Source: a virus
Virus record (IMG/VR): IMGVR_UViG_3300026488_000012
Location: 32,001-96,000 of that record
Length of the DNA stretch: 64,000 nucleotides
Strand: one strand, 5' to 3'
Part shown: positions 49,659 to 59,800 of the stretch, one piece after another
Layout of the letters: each line of letters opens with the position of its first letter
Position numbering within the stretch: the first letter of the stretch is position 1
Position numbers and translations under genes: made by a program
The notes under the pieces: generated by a model
Databases searched by the model: none
What the model was told of the DNA's origin: nothing
Seen by the model: only the letters and a program-made list of their open reading frames with translations

Positions 49659-51278
49659 ATGTTAGCTAAATATCTTACTAAGAAAAAAGATATCGATTTT
49701 GTAAAAGACTTAATTAAAATAATGAATAAAATTGTAGAGTTAGGGTATAAGAGTAAAAAGCGTAAAAATGTGATGTTAAAGGATAGTGAGAAAATATCTA
49801 AAGAGTTCACTAAGCTTATGGAAAGAAGATTCGGGATAAGAGCTAAGTTAGACTTAAAAAGAGGTAACACTATAGCAACCATACCTCCCGTTACAGCTTT
49901 AGATTCTGTTGTGTCTGAGTATAATTATAAGAAAGCGATACAGGACCACGCTGCGATATCCGGTACTAACGATCCTATAGTTAAAATGTATGAGAGAAAT
50001 AATGAAATATTAAGAGAATTTGGTAAGATAGAGATAGATATGGATTCCCTGTTTATACATACAGATGAACCTTTAGAATCTTTCGTATTAATAGACCCTG
50101 TGTTTGTTGTTGAAAACGGTATAACACCTACTGAGTTAGCTGCTACAGTCTTACACGAAATAGGACACGACTTTGAGTATATAAGATATCAAGCGTATTT
50201 ATCTGTACAATATGTTAGAATATCGGATAAGATTAAAGAAGTAATTGACGGCAAAAAAGGAGTTATTGAGCTTATATTAGAATTAGAAAACACTAAAGAT
50301 ATAGAAGTTAGTGAATTAACATTTAGCGATAAAGTAGAATTGATTATGAGACTTCCAGATAAACTATTAGAAGATTTCTCTGAGGAATATAGAAAAAAAT
50401 ATATATTACCGTCTAAGGTTATTTCTAGAATTAAAGAATTCGAAATAAGAGCTGATGATTTTGCTTGCAGATTTGGTTTAGAGAAGGAGCTAGCTACAGG
50501 ACTTCAAAAGTTATTTACTGTAAGAAATGTTTTAGATACCTTAACAGCGTCTTTTTCAGCAGTAGGTACTCCTGTTAGATTTTTATATAGGAAGTTCATC
50601 GGTATAAGAAGTATCTTTGATATATATGTGATATATCTACTCGAGACATTTGTATTACATAGCTTAACAGCTTTTCTATCGGAAGTTATAAACTCAGAGT
50701 TAGGTGAAGATGAGAGAAGATTTGCATTAAAAGCAAGTAGAGTATTAACATTCTTATTGTTCACTTTTAAAATTTACGATAATGCTAGTATGTTGATTCA
50801 GATAAAACGTTTATTCGGTAATCAAGCATTTTTTAAATTAACCGCATATGGTTTAGCATACTCGTTGATAACGGTATTTATTTCTTATAATGCTGTATAT
50901 TCTAAAGATGATGAAAGTACATTATGGTATATGGTAATGGGTGATAGCACTATCTATGAAAATCCAGTTAAAAGATTAGAAAATATTAAAAGAAGTATAA
51001 TAAGTAAACTTAAAACAATAGATGATAAAGAGATACAGAAAGAGATGCTTGACGAATTATACGAAATCGAGAGAATAATTTTAGATTCCAAACAAGAGCT
51101 AAATAAATTGTTTATTAGTATTCTAGATATAGTATTACCTAGCTATACGTTTAAAGAAAAATCGGAGATGAATCCTATGTATATCTTAGAAATGTTAAAT
51201 AGGAAACATATAAATAATGACTTATATGTTAAATCAGTAGAGATATCTTTAATTCCAAACGATGCTAGTGATAAATAA
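49659..51278 (+). CDS. Virion-associated zinc metalloprotease-like membrane protein
   Basis: ELAATVLHEIGH (HExxH) followed by EIRADDFACRFG (M48-like), then hydrophobic segments. SD aaggag before ATG 49659. Confidence 0.65.
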   Translation: MLAKYLTKKKDIDFVKDLIKIMNKIVELGYKSKKRKNVMLKDSEKISKEFTKLMERRFGIRAKLDLKRGNTIATIPPVTALDSVVSEYNYKKAIQDHAAISGTNDPIVKMYERNNEILREFGKIEIDMDSLFIHTDEPLESFVLIDPVFVVENGITPTELAATVLHEIGHDFEYIRYQAYLSVQYVRISDKIKEVIDGKKGVIELILELENTKDIEVSELTFSDKVELIMRLPDKLLEDFSEEYRKKYILPSKVISRIKEFEIRADDFACRFGLEKELATGLQKLFTVRNVLDTLTASFSAVGTPVRFLYRKFIGIRSIFDIYVIYLLETFVLHSLTAFLSEVINSELGEDERRFALKASRVLTFLLFTFKIYDNASMLIQIKRLFGNQAFFKLTAYGLAYSLITVFISYNAVYSKDDESTLWYMVMGDSTIYENPVKRLENIKRSIISKLKTIDDKEIQKEMLDELYEIERIILDSKQELNKLFISILDIVLPSYTFKEKSEMNPMYILEMLNRKHINNDLYVKSVEISLIPNDASDK

Positions 51279-51290
51279 CTAAAATATACA

Positions 51291-51322
51291 AAAGGTAGGG
51301 GATAAAAACCCCTACCTTTTTT
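51291..51322 (+). terminator. Rho-independent terminator
   Basis: aaaggtagggg / cccctaccttt plus T run. Confidence 0.8.
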
Positions 51323-51368
51323 AATGTTCTTTGTTTTCACTGAATATTACAAACAAAAAGGAGAGTAT

Positions 51369-52190
51369 ATGAATTTCGTACCGAGTATAGATGACCCGTC
51401 ATATAGAATAATGATTAAAAGTATAAAGACTTATATCAAGACTATTTCGTTAAATGTAGCCGATATAATAATTTACATCATTGATACATTGTTAATAAAT
51501 AAAGAATTAATCAGGCTACCGTATATAAATATGGTAAACAATGTACCACTTCTTAAACATAACTTATACATGGACAAAAGTGATAACGTTTACAGAAGAA
51601 ATGCTATAAATAACTTAGAAGCTTTATTAGAGTTATTAAACAGCGTTGACGTGTTAATGCCGATAGAAGATAATGGTGCAATAATCTCAGCTGAAAATAT
51701 GGTAATAAGTAAAAATAAGTTACTACATATGATAAGTAAAAACACAGTATCTATGTACTTAGACCCAAATAAGACAGCTGGAGATATTTTAACCATTTTA
51801 GCTAAGTATAATCTTCTATCCATCAATAAACAAAAAGAGTATATCTGGGAGTCATTAACGCCGTTAGACCAGAATATAATTCTGGAAGAAGTATATTACA
51901 ACGATGAACAGTATCCGGAATTATATCTGATAGAAAACCTATACAAACCATTATCGAATCTAAGTGATATGCTAAATGAAGTTAGCTTTATGTTAAGTAG
52001 TAGGATTATAAATAATAACATCGAAAAAGAGGTTAACATATATAGTTTAGATACCTTTATGGTAGATAGGTTAACATTAGGAATAAATATACATCAAGGA
52101 TATCCTGCATTAAGAGCTATGGCTATTAAAAAATTAAGAGATATCATAGGAGGCAATGATGAAAAAGATAACAACAGTAATGAGTATTAA
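51369..52190 (+). CDS. Hypothetical protein
   Basis: SD aaggag before ATG 51369; first gene of the cluster preceding DNA polymerase. Confidence 0.75.
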   Translation: MNFVPSIDDPSYRIMIKSIKTYIKTISLNVADIIIYIIDTLLINKELIRLPYINMVNNVPLLKHNLYMDKSDNVYRRNAINNLEALLELLNSVDVLMPIEDNGAIISAENMVISKNKLLHMISKNTVSMYLDPNKTAGDILTILAKYNLLSINKQKEYIWESLTPLDQNIILEEVYYNDEQYPELYLIENLYKPLSNLSDMLNEVSFMLSSRIINNNIEKEVNIYSLDTFMVDRLTLGINIHQGYPALRAMAIKKLRDIIGGNDEKDNNSNEY

Positions 52191-52599
52191 CTTAGTTAAT
52201 AAGAAACTTTACAATTATATAAAGAGTAGGTTTAACTATAGAGATAACGACATGGAATTTCTGATAGGTCTACTTATGAAGTATGCTGTAATGGCGTTAG
52301 ATAATGAGTTATCATTATCTAATAACACGTCTATATTCGAGATGTCGTTAAAAGTTGACCATATAAAAGACGTTATGTTTTCATTTATAGATAAAGTACT
52401 AGATAGATACATGTATAATATACTGGAAGAAGATGAAATAGAGATAGTAGACTTAACAGTGGATGGGTTATTATTATCATTACTCGAACATATAAAATTG
52501 TTAAGTATGATAACCAAAGTAGATTTAAATATAAAGTCTCTATACTATAATCCGTTTTTACAGGATAAGTTATTGATAGATTTAATAATCAAGGATTAA
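52156..52599 (+). CDS. Hypothetical protein
   Basis: 147 aa, SD ggagg, overlapping operon structure. Confidence 0.7.
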   Translation: MMKKITTVMSINLVNKKLYNYIKSRFNYRDNDMEFLIGLLMKYAVMALDNELSLSNNTSIFEMSLKVDHIKDVMFSFIDKVLDRYMYNILEEDEIEIVDLTVDGLLLSLLEHIKLLSMITKVDLNIKSLYYNPFLQDKLLIDLIIKD

Positions 52600-52601
52600 A
52601 T

Positions 52602-52913
52602 ATGAACCACGTTATAATAAATGCGTCAGGGTTATTACCCTTGATGTATCACCCGTTATATTTTATTTTTTCTGATTTTATAAACAACTTAGATACCGAA
52701 TTCTTGGATTTACACTTCGAGAGACTTCTTAACGAGTTAGAAGATGAGTTAGATGTTAAAACAGTGTTCGATATATGCACAAAGATTCATTACTACATTA
52801 CAACACTTGTTCTAAGTAAAGTTCCAAATGTACTCAATTATAAAGTTACTAAAGTGGAACAAGATGAACGAAGAGGTTATTACTTATTAAAAATAGAGTA
52901 TACAGAACTATAA
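52602..52913 (+). CDS. Hypothetical protein
   Basis: 103 aa, SD aagga. Confidence 0.7.
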   Translation: MNHVIINASGLLPLMYHPLYFIFSDFINNLDTEFLDLHFERLLNELEDELDVKTVFDICTKIHYYITTLVLSKVPNVLNYKVTKVEQDERRGYYLLKIEYTEL

Positions 52914-52922
52914 AGGAGTACT

Positions 52923-53414
52923 ATGATTTACGATTTAAGTAAGACCAAAGTTAAAAAAGGATTGTTGAAGAGACTTGGTATCGAGATGGATTTAACTGAT
53001 GACGTAGGTGTTAGGAACAGGTGTTTAAAAGCTTACTATAGATTTAGTTTACTAGATAAGAGTAAAGTTGTACAATTTAACATTTACGACAAATTACTAA
53101 GAGCTATGTTTGGAAAAAAGAAAATAACTGAACATATTGAACTAGTGTATTTAGAGTTATTAGTGGAACTTATAACTAAGTCTATTGTCTATGATATCGA
53201 TTATAAAACATTAATTAAAGAAACACTTATTATAGACAATGATAGTATTAAACTAACAGATGAAATATTGGATATGTTGTATGTGATATTAAACAATGAG
53301 TTAGGTAGGTTTAAAGAATATATCAAACCTAATACGTTAATTTATGCGTATGTTTGTAAGATAATAGACGTCATAGATTTAGCAGCAGTTACTATTTACA
53401 TAGAACTAACATAA
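52923..53414 (+). CDS. Hypothetical protein
   Basis: 163 aa, SD aaggag. Confidence 0.7.
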   Translation: MIYDLSKTKVKKGLLKRLGIEMDLTDDVGVRNRCLKAYYRFSLLDKSKVVQFNIYDKLLRAMFGKKKITEHIELVYLELLVELITKSIVYDIDYKTLIKETLIIDNDSIKLTDEILDMLYVILNNELGRFKEYIKPNTLIYAYVCKIIDVIDLAAVTIYIELT

Positions 53415-53420
53415 GGAGGG

Positions 53421-54239
53421 ATGGTGATGTTAACAAGAACTACTGATAATAACAGAGACTATTTACTATATATTATATCAAAGCTTTCCGCATATCGTAA
53501 TGACGATGTGATGGAATCCATCGATACTTATATCTACGATAGAACTATGGAATCGAAGTATATCTTAAATACTGATATAGACTCCGATCCATTTATAAAA
53601 TTCTCAGCTATAACTTTAACAAAATTCATATTTGATCTTGGCGCATATAGTGGTTACTTGGACCAAGATTTATCTACCTTTATAACCTTATTAACGAAGG
53701 AGTTTAAATATGACGAAGTAATTTTCTATAATAAAGTGTATGAAGTTATTAAAACGCTCAGTGATTCTACTAATAAACTCGTATTTGCTATGTATTCCAT
53801 TTATGAGTTTGTAAATGAGATATCTACCGCTTTAAGTAGAGGTGAGACAGAGAATTATATTAATGGAATAATATCAAACATTATATCTACATCTGGCCCG
53901 TATTTAGAAGTAACGTTAACGGATATGTTAACAACATTTATAAAGTCATTAATTAAAGATAGAATTTATAGAGAAGAGTTATTAGACCTATTTGGATTAT
54001 CTAACTATGACTTTATGGAGATTATAGTAGAGATAATTGACGATTTCTTTGCTAGAGAGAAAAACGAGTTATGGTTATATAAGTCTGTTTCAGAATTAGC
54101 GGACTTTACTACGAGTTACTTACTAGTAAATAGAAATCTAATTTCGTTCGACGAGTGTCTTGTACTCGGACCACAATATAAAATAGTTAATGGTGTAGAA
54201 GAAGTATACAAATTTAATCTACTTTTCTTAAAAGGATGA
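53421..54239 (+). CDS. Hypothetical protein
   Basis: 272 aa, SD aaggagg (the start may be 53424 or 53427). Confidence 0.7.
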   Translation: MVMLTRTTDNNRDYLLYIISKLSAYRNDDVMESIDTYIYDRTMESKYILNTDIDSDPFIKFSAITLTKFIFDLGAYSGYLDQDLSTFITLLTKEFKYDEVIFYNKVYEVIKTLSDSTNKLVFAMYSIYEFVNEISTALSRGETENYINGIISNIISTSGPYLEVTLTDMLTTFIKSLIKDRIYREELLDLFGLSNYDFMEIIVEIIDDFFAREKNELWLYKSVSELADFTTSYLLVNRNLISFDECLVLGPQYKIVNGVEEVYKFNLLFLKG

Positions 54240-54685
54240 ATATGTTAAATACTAATAGTTTGGCGACATTCGGACCGTGGAGTGAATCCTACCATTCGAT
54301 TATAGAAGCTAGATATGTCTTAAAGTTACAGACGCACAACCATACGATACTTAGTGAACTTTCTAAAGTTCTAATGATTACTAACATAGATGACAGAGAG
54401 AAAATTTTACTACAAAACGATCTCTCTAATTTAATCTATATTTTTAACGCTGATTATAGATTAGAGAACACTGATAAACTACTTGATGAGTACTTTAAAT
54501 TTAGAAAGATTAATTTAGAACCTGAAAGTAAGGATATTTTAAACCATATAGTCAGAGAACATAGAGAAACATTTATGTATTATCATAAATCCGTCTATGA
54601 TATTTCCGACTCTATTATCCTTTACGAAATATATACAGTTAAAGCTTCACTTATAGTGAATTTAGCCATAGGCGTTAAGGAGTAA
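54236..54685 (+). CDS. Hypothetical protein
   Basis: 149 aa, coupled to the upstream gene. Confidence 0.7.
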   Translation: MNMLNTNSLATFGPWSESYHSIIEARYVLKLQTHNHTILSELSKVLMITNIDDREKILLQNDLSNLIYIFNADYRLENTDKLLDEYFKFRKINLEPESKDILNHIVREHRETFMYYHKSVYDISDSIILYEIYTVKASLIVNLAIGVKE

Positions 54686-54688
54686 ACT

Positions 54689-55090
54689 ATGATTGCAGAT
54701 TTTAAAATAGGTAATAGGTATAAGTTTAGGACTATAGCACCTATTACCCTTAAACCTGAATACGTTAATGTTAAACTAGTGGGTACCCTAACATTCGATA
54801 TGGCCACTGCATTCACAGATGTAACAGGGTTACACATAAGGGTACAAGAAGAGGTAGGTAGAAATATTAGAGGTTTAGAAGACTCGAGTTTCTACGTTTT
54901 TGAAAACGATGATAAAGAAAGAATAGTCTTATCTTCGCTATGGATAAATCTTGATACAGTAGAAATTGTACAGGAGATGAAATTAAAAATAGAGGTAGTA
55001 GTAAAAGATTTAACAGATAAGTATGTTATAGAGAATATGCTAAAAGAATTAGGTTATGATAACGTAAAAGTAGAACTAGTAACGACATAG
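54689..55090 (+). CDS. Conserved phiKZ-like small beta-barrel protein upstream of DNA polymerase
   Basis: Y.F.T.AP..L...Y.NVKL...L.FD.A....DV..LH and WINLDTVE motifs; this position before the DNA polymerase is conserved in phiKZ-like phages. Confidence 0.65.
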   Translation: MIADFKIGNRYKFRTIAPITLKPEYVNVKLVGTLTFDMATAFTDVTGLHIRVQEEVGRNIRGLEDSSFYVFENDDKERIVLSSLWINLDTVEIVQEMKLKIEVVVKDLTDKYVIENMLKELGYDNVKVELVTT

Positions 55091-55170
55091 TCGTTACTAG
55101 CTTTTTATTTTTTCTCTTTTTTACTTTAGTTTAATCAAATCGACTGAAATAATAATATATGGGAGTATAA

Positions 55171-57321
55171 ATGAGTAAGTTCCTTAAAAAACAACATAAT
55201 TATAAAAATCTGGTTGACCCGATAAATCAATATGTGAAAGTGGCCGCTAATTTTATAAAGAAAACAAAAGAACTTGATGACAATATAGAAGTTATAGAGA
55301 GTAAAATTAAGAAACTATTAAAAGAGAAGTTCGAGATAAAGAACCCTAAAGTTAAATTTAGAGAAAGGGATTTAAAAGGGGATGTTACTACTAAAACAAC
55401 ATCTCTATACTCATATATAAAATATCCTAAAAAGACAGGACATATCATTGTTCCATCTTTTACTGTTTATTTTAAACCAGAGGTTAAAAGAAGTCTCCAT
55501 AGTGACTTCATTGATGAGAACGTTAAAGAAAGGAATAAGCATAAGAAACTAGCTTTCAAGTATGAAATAGAAGGAGAAATAGAATTATTTAAAAAACATA
55601 ACACTATTCAGAAAACTAAAAAGATATTCAATAACAGTTTATCAGGAGCATATGCATCATCAGGAACTATCCTTTATAACCCATCAGCACATTATACTTT
55701 AACATCTATAACGAGATGTGTATCAGGTACAGGTAATTCTCAGTCAGAAGTAATAATATCAGGAAACCTACATTTAGCAACTCCTGAGATAGCTCTTAAC
55801 TATATAGCCACCATAATAACATTTATGAATAGACATAAGTTATTAGAGATAGTAAAGAAGTATAATTTATATATACCTACTCCTGAGGAAGTATTAAGTT
55901 TATTACTTAAATCTACTAGAAAATACTGGCAGAGTAAATCTGAAGAGGAGTATTTGCTAAACTTCCTTAAAAGATTAAGTAAATTAGAATTAGTATGGGT
56001 AGCCTATTTAAATAATCTATACGCTATTAGGGAATTTAATTCCGACCTATTAAGAGAGTTTTTTGATTTAACACTAAGGAAACCTGATATATCAAAAATA
56101 GATACACCTAAAGAAGAAATGGTCAAATTTCTAAATGATCATCCTGAATACCTAAATATGTTACATCACCTAAGAGCGGATGTATTAATGGGTAAAGAAC
56201 CTATCTATGATAAATTAGAGCTTAACGATATAAAAGAGTTATACGGTAGCTTAAAATATGCTATCGAAGCATTCGATAAGTTTGATGATTTGCTAACAAC
56301 ATTCCTAATGACTGATTTATTACCTATTAACATCGCTTATATTAAAAATATGTTAAGAGAAGTTATAGTGTTATCAGATACAGACAGTACCTGTGCCACA
56401 TATGAAGACTGGGTGGAGTGGTATTTTGGAGAGAATAAGTTTTCTGTAGAGGGTATGGCTACTACAGGTGTAATAATGACTATAACAGCTACCGCAGTAG
56501 ACCACGGGATTAAAGTATTTGCAGCGAATATGAATATACCTAAAGATAGAGTACATGGTATAGCTATGAAGAATGAATTCTACTGGGATGTATTTGTTCC
56601 TACTAACGTATCTAAACACTATTTTGCTGATTATTGGATTAAAGAGGGTAATGTAAGAAAATCACCTAAGAATGAAACTAAAGGTGTTAATCTATTAGCT
56701 CCTAATGCTTATAGTAAAGTAAGAGACTTAGAAGACTGGTTAAGGAATGATATTTTTAGAAGAGTAAGAAATAAAGAAAAGATACCTATGAGAAAATATC
56801 TTAAAAAAGTTATGTTAATGGAGAAAGAGATTATAGAGAAAGTTTATCAAGGTTCGGCTGACGTTTTAAGATTAGACAAGATTAAAGATAAAGATGCTTA
56901 CAAATTAGATCAATATCATAGTCCATATTTCCATTATCTATTGTGGCAAAGAGCTTTCTCTAAAAAATACGGTAATGCACCAGACCCTACATTTGTAGCA
57001 TTGAAGGTTAACGTGACTACGGATAGTAAAACAAGATTCAAAGAGTTCCTAAATAGTTTAGAAGATGAAGAGATAAAAGAAGGATTGATTTCAATAATGA
57101 AAGAAGCTGGTAAAGACAGTATCGGTACATTTAGATTTCCACTGGCTAACGTTATGGAAAAAGGATTACCTAAAGAAGTAATTCCATTTATCGATATAGA
57201 TAGAATCGTATTTGATAACTGTAACCCACTTTATATGGTCTTAGAATCTATAGGTTACTATAAGAAACCAAAAACTAAAATTTTGGATATCGAATTAGAG
57301 TTAGCTGAAGAGTTAGAATAA
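55171..57321 (+). CDS. Family B DNA polymerase, catalytic subunit of the split phiKZ-type enzyme (gp50-like)
   Basis: Motif B QKTKKIFNNSLSG, HYTLTSITR, motif C LSDTDST, MKNEF and KHYFA...IKEGNV...KGV. Confidence 0.92.
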   Translation: MSKFLKKQHNYKNLVDPINQYVKVAANFIKKTKELDDNIEVIESKIKKLLKEKFEIKNPKVKFRERDLKGDVTTKTTSLYSYIKYPKKTGHIIVPSFTVYFKPEVKRSLHSDFIDENVKERNKHKKLAFKYEIEGEIELFKKHNTIQKTKKIFNNSLSGAYASSGTILYNPSAHYTLTSITRCVSGTGNSQSEVIISGNLHLATPEIALNYIATIITFMNRHKLLEIVKKYNLYIPTPEEVLSLLLKSTRKYWQSKSEEEYLLNFLKRLSKLELVWVAYLNNLYAIREFNSDLLREFFDLTLRKPDISKIDTPKEEMVKFLNDHPEYLNMLHHLRADVLMGKEPIYDKLELNDIKELYGSLKYAIEAFDKFDDLLTTFLMTDLLPINIAYIKNMLREVIVLSDTDSTCATYEDWVEWYFGENKFSVEGMATTGVIMTITATAVDHGIKVFAANMNIPKDRVHGIAMKNEFYWDVFVPTNVSKHYFADYWIKEGNVRKSPKNETKGVNLLAPNAYSKVRDLEDWLRNDIFRRVRNKEKIPMRKYLKKVMLMEKEIIEKVYQGSADVLRLDKIKDKDAYKLDQYHSPYFHYLLWQRAFSKKYGNAPDPTFVALKVNVTTDSKTRFKEFLNSLEDEEIKEGLISIMKEAGKDSIGTFRFPLANVMEKGLPKEVIPFIDIDRIVFDNCNPLYMVLESIGYYKKPKTKILDIELELAEELE

Positions 57322-57337
57322 TAAAAAAGAATCACGT

Positions 57338-57363
57338 CAAGAGAGTCATTATCGACTCTCTTG
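57338..57363. terminator. Hairpin between the convergent DNA polymerase and FN3-like genes
   Basis: caagagagtc / gactctcttg. Confidence 0.65.
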
Positions 57364-57370
57364 GCATACT

Positions 57371-57835
57371 CTATTTCTCTTTTACTAAATTTCCATAATC
57401 TGTTCTATACTTTTCATCTCTTCTTTTCTTAATTAAGTAGTTAATTCTTTCTTCATCTTCTATATCCGTCATTATCTTTCCATCTTTATCATACTCTAAT
57501 TTACCTACTAACTCTTTTCTACAATTATTAGAACTATCTTCTGCATTTATCCAGATATTAAGTCTTTTAGACCTATTTATAGGAATTAAATACCATTCAG
57601 TTTCACAGCTTTCAAAATGGAATTTAACCCTTACGTATAACTCATCATCTTCATCATACCAGCTTCCATCTTCTTTTTGTAATCCTACTCTTATCTCAGT
57701 TAAGTTTTTTGTATCCTTTAATGATTCATATATGATGTTTTTAAATTCCTTATCAGTAGCTACTTGCCAACTGGTTGCTTTTATACCTGTGATACCACCT
57801 ATAGTAAATATATCTGTTATTTTAAAATAAGCCAT
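57371..57835 (-). CDS. Small FN3/Ig-like module protein, paralog of the N-terminus of 17416..19266
   Basis: KATSWQVATDKEFKNII...LYVRVKF aligns with IATTWQIATDKEFTNVI...YYVRAKR. Confidence 0.7.
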   Translation of the reverse strand: MAYFKITDIFTIGGITGIKATSWQVATDKEFKNIIYESLKDTKNLTEIRVGLQKEDGSWYDEDDELYVRVKFHFESCETEWYLIPINRSKRLNIWINAEDSSNNCRKELVGKLEYDKDGKIMTDIEDEERINYLIKKRRDEKYRTDYGNLVKEK

Positions 57836-57894
57836 TTGTAACTCCTTTGCATAGTTTTGTTTGAATTAATTAATTAATAAAAAAGGATAAAGCT

Positions 57895-59244
57895 ATGTTA
57901 AATACAGGTATAATCTTATTTAACGATAAGGATATTTTAAAAGCAGAAATGTTGTTAACTAAGGTATATAACGCATCTGAAAAAGGTTATTACGGTAGTC
58001 CTGATGAAAGAAAGTATTTTCAAGACTACTTAGATAATGCTTTTTCTAAATTAGAAGAGATATTCACAAACAGGTTTGGAATAACTATTAAGTTTAAACA
58101 CGACAAAGAAGGATTACCTATAATATATCCATTACCTACTAGAACTATACTAAACGAGGTTAAAAAGATTAGAAAAGAGATGAGAGAAAAACTAATCACT
58201 AGTAGTAAAATACCTTCAGATAAAATATCATTAAAGACCATTGGGTCATTAGGCAAGCTAGTAGATGTTTTAGAATCTAACAGTATTTCTATAGATATAG
58301 AAGAATTGAGATTTATCAATGGCAAGGATATAGAGGTAAACATAGAGTTCAGTATAGAGTATATGTTAAAAGATCTTAAACTAGCTCCTAGAGAGATTTT
58401 AGCGTCATTCCTACACGAAATAGGACATATCTTCTTAGCATATATTAAATTAGGTAACGAAGTGTTATACACTATGAAAACAACTTATAATCTACTTAAT
58501 AGTATTTATAACGAAAACGATATTGTAAAGTTTGTTAAGATTTATTATAAACAGAGCCCTGTAAATGAAAAAGATGCTATTAATATAGTAATAAAGGATA
58601 TAAGCGACCATACTGTAAATGCGGTAGACTTTCAAAGTTACTATAACACTTCAGTGGATAATGAAGATATTTGTGATTACGTAGCTGTTAAATTTGGGTA
58701 TAGTAGTGATTTAGCTAGTCTTATATATAAGTCCAGTGAATCTAACTATAGTAGCCTGAATAGGCTAAAATATGTTTACTTGTTAGAAATGTTGATAATA
58801 ACTATATTTGTAGGATTTGAAATAGCTTTAGGATTTATAATATTAGTCCTATTCTATAAGGGATTATTTAAGTTAATAGGATACATATTAGGATTTATGT
58901 TCTTTGGTTTAATAGGGATTATATTTGTTAAAGGATTTAAATCTAAAATGCTTAGGGACGGTAATACACATAGAGATTTAAAATCCAGAATTAAACAAAT
59001 AAGAAAAGACCTTATCTCTATAATAAGGGAACACCCTGACAAGAAAGACGTTATAGAAGAAACGTTAAAACAACTTAAGACTATATCAGGTATCTTAGAC
59101 GATGTCGATAAGTTATTAGGTAAGACAGATTTTAAAGATTTATTAATTTATGATAACGTATCTTATCTCTATGAGAAAATCGATAGCTTGATTAACAATG
59201 AACTATACGTAAAATCGATAGAAATAGAAAAAGTAAGGAGTTAA
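57895..59244 (+). CDS. Virion-associated zinc metalloprotease-like membrane protein (paralog of 49659..51278)
   Basis: EILASFLHEIGH, EDICDYVAVKFGY, two hydrophobic helices and C-terminal INNELYVKS. Confidence 0.65.
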   Translation: MLNTGIILFNDKDILKAEMLLTKVYNASEKGYYGSPDERKYFQDYLDNAFSKLEEIFTNRFGITIKFKHDKEGLPIIYPLPTRTILNEVKKIRKEMREKLITSSKIPSDKISLKTIGSLGKLVDVLESNSISIDIEELRFINGKDIEVNIEFSIEYMLKDLKLAPREILASFLHEIGHIFLAYIKLGNEVLYTMKTTYNLLNSIYNENDIVKFVKIYYKQSPVNEKDAINIVIKDISDHTVNAVDFQSYYNTSVDNEDICDYVAVKFGYSSDLASLIYKSSESNYSSLNRLKYVYLLEMLIITIFVGFEIALGFIILVLFYKGLFKLIGYILGFMFFGLIGIIFVKGFKSKMLRDGNTHRDLKSRIKQIRKDLISIIREHPDKKDVIEETLKQLKTISGILDDVDKLLGKTDFKDLLIYDNVSYLYEKIDSLINNELYVKSIEIEKVRS

Positions 59245-59245
59245 G

Positions 59246-59800
59246 ATGTTGAACTTATTTATTAATGATTATAGGGACGTAATAGAGTTAAAGCCAAATG
59301 AGGTATTTAACGGAAATAATGTTTCCACTAGGAGTATAAGTTATGAAAGTATTAATCTTATAAATAGGTTAATTGATAGGACTTCGTTACTGAAACCCGA
59401 TGACGTTATTTTAGAGAACAATACACTTATAGTTTTTAAAGATGGTATAAACGTAGCCGAATACCTAATAAGTATTGGATTATCTAAAGTTATTTTTCCA
59501 TCCGTTAATTATGGCGTTTATGAAAAAGAATATAGACTTATTACGGAGAAATCTATTAAGTTTTTTGTTTACTACTTGGTAGATAGTGTAATAGGTAATA
59601 GACTTGTAGATAGTAAAAACATTATAAGTATGCTGGGGAATATATTATCTAGTAGAATGTGCGCAGATCTTGAAGGATTTAGTCAATGCGGCGGTTTTAT
59701 CTTTACTGAGACCCCTGTGGTATTCGATAAAAATATGGATACATTAGGTTTAATCGAACAAGTTAAGTGGTTAGTATTGAGTTTAAGAAAAAGAGTATAA
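59246..59800 (+). CDS. Hypothetical protein
   Basis: 184 aa, SD aaggag, follows the previous gene by 1 nt. Confidence 0.7.
   Translation: MLNLFINDYRDVIELKPNEVFNGNNVSTRSISYESINLINRLIDRTSLLKPDDVILENNTLIVFKDGINVAEYLISIGLSKVIFPSVNYGVYEKEYRLITEKSIKFFVYYLVDSVIGNRLVDSKNIISMLGNILSSRMCADLEGFSQCGGFIFTETPVVFDKNMDTLGLIEQVKWLVLSLRKRV

Noticed and set aside
51369-54685. One of the pre-polymerase ORFs as chimallin or an nvRNAP subunit
   Set aside because: All are 103-273 aa, far shorter than chimallin (about 600 aa), and show no RNAP motifs.
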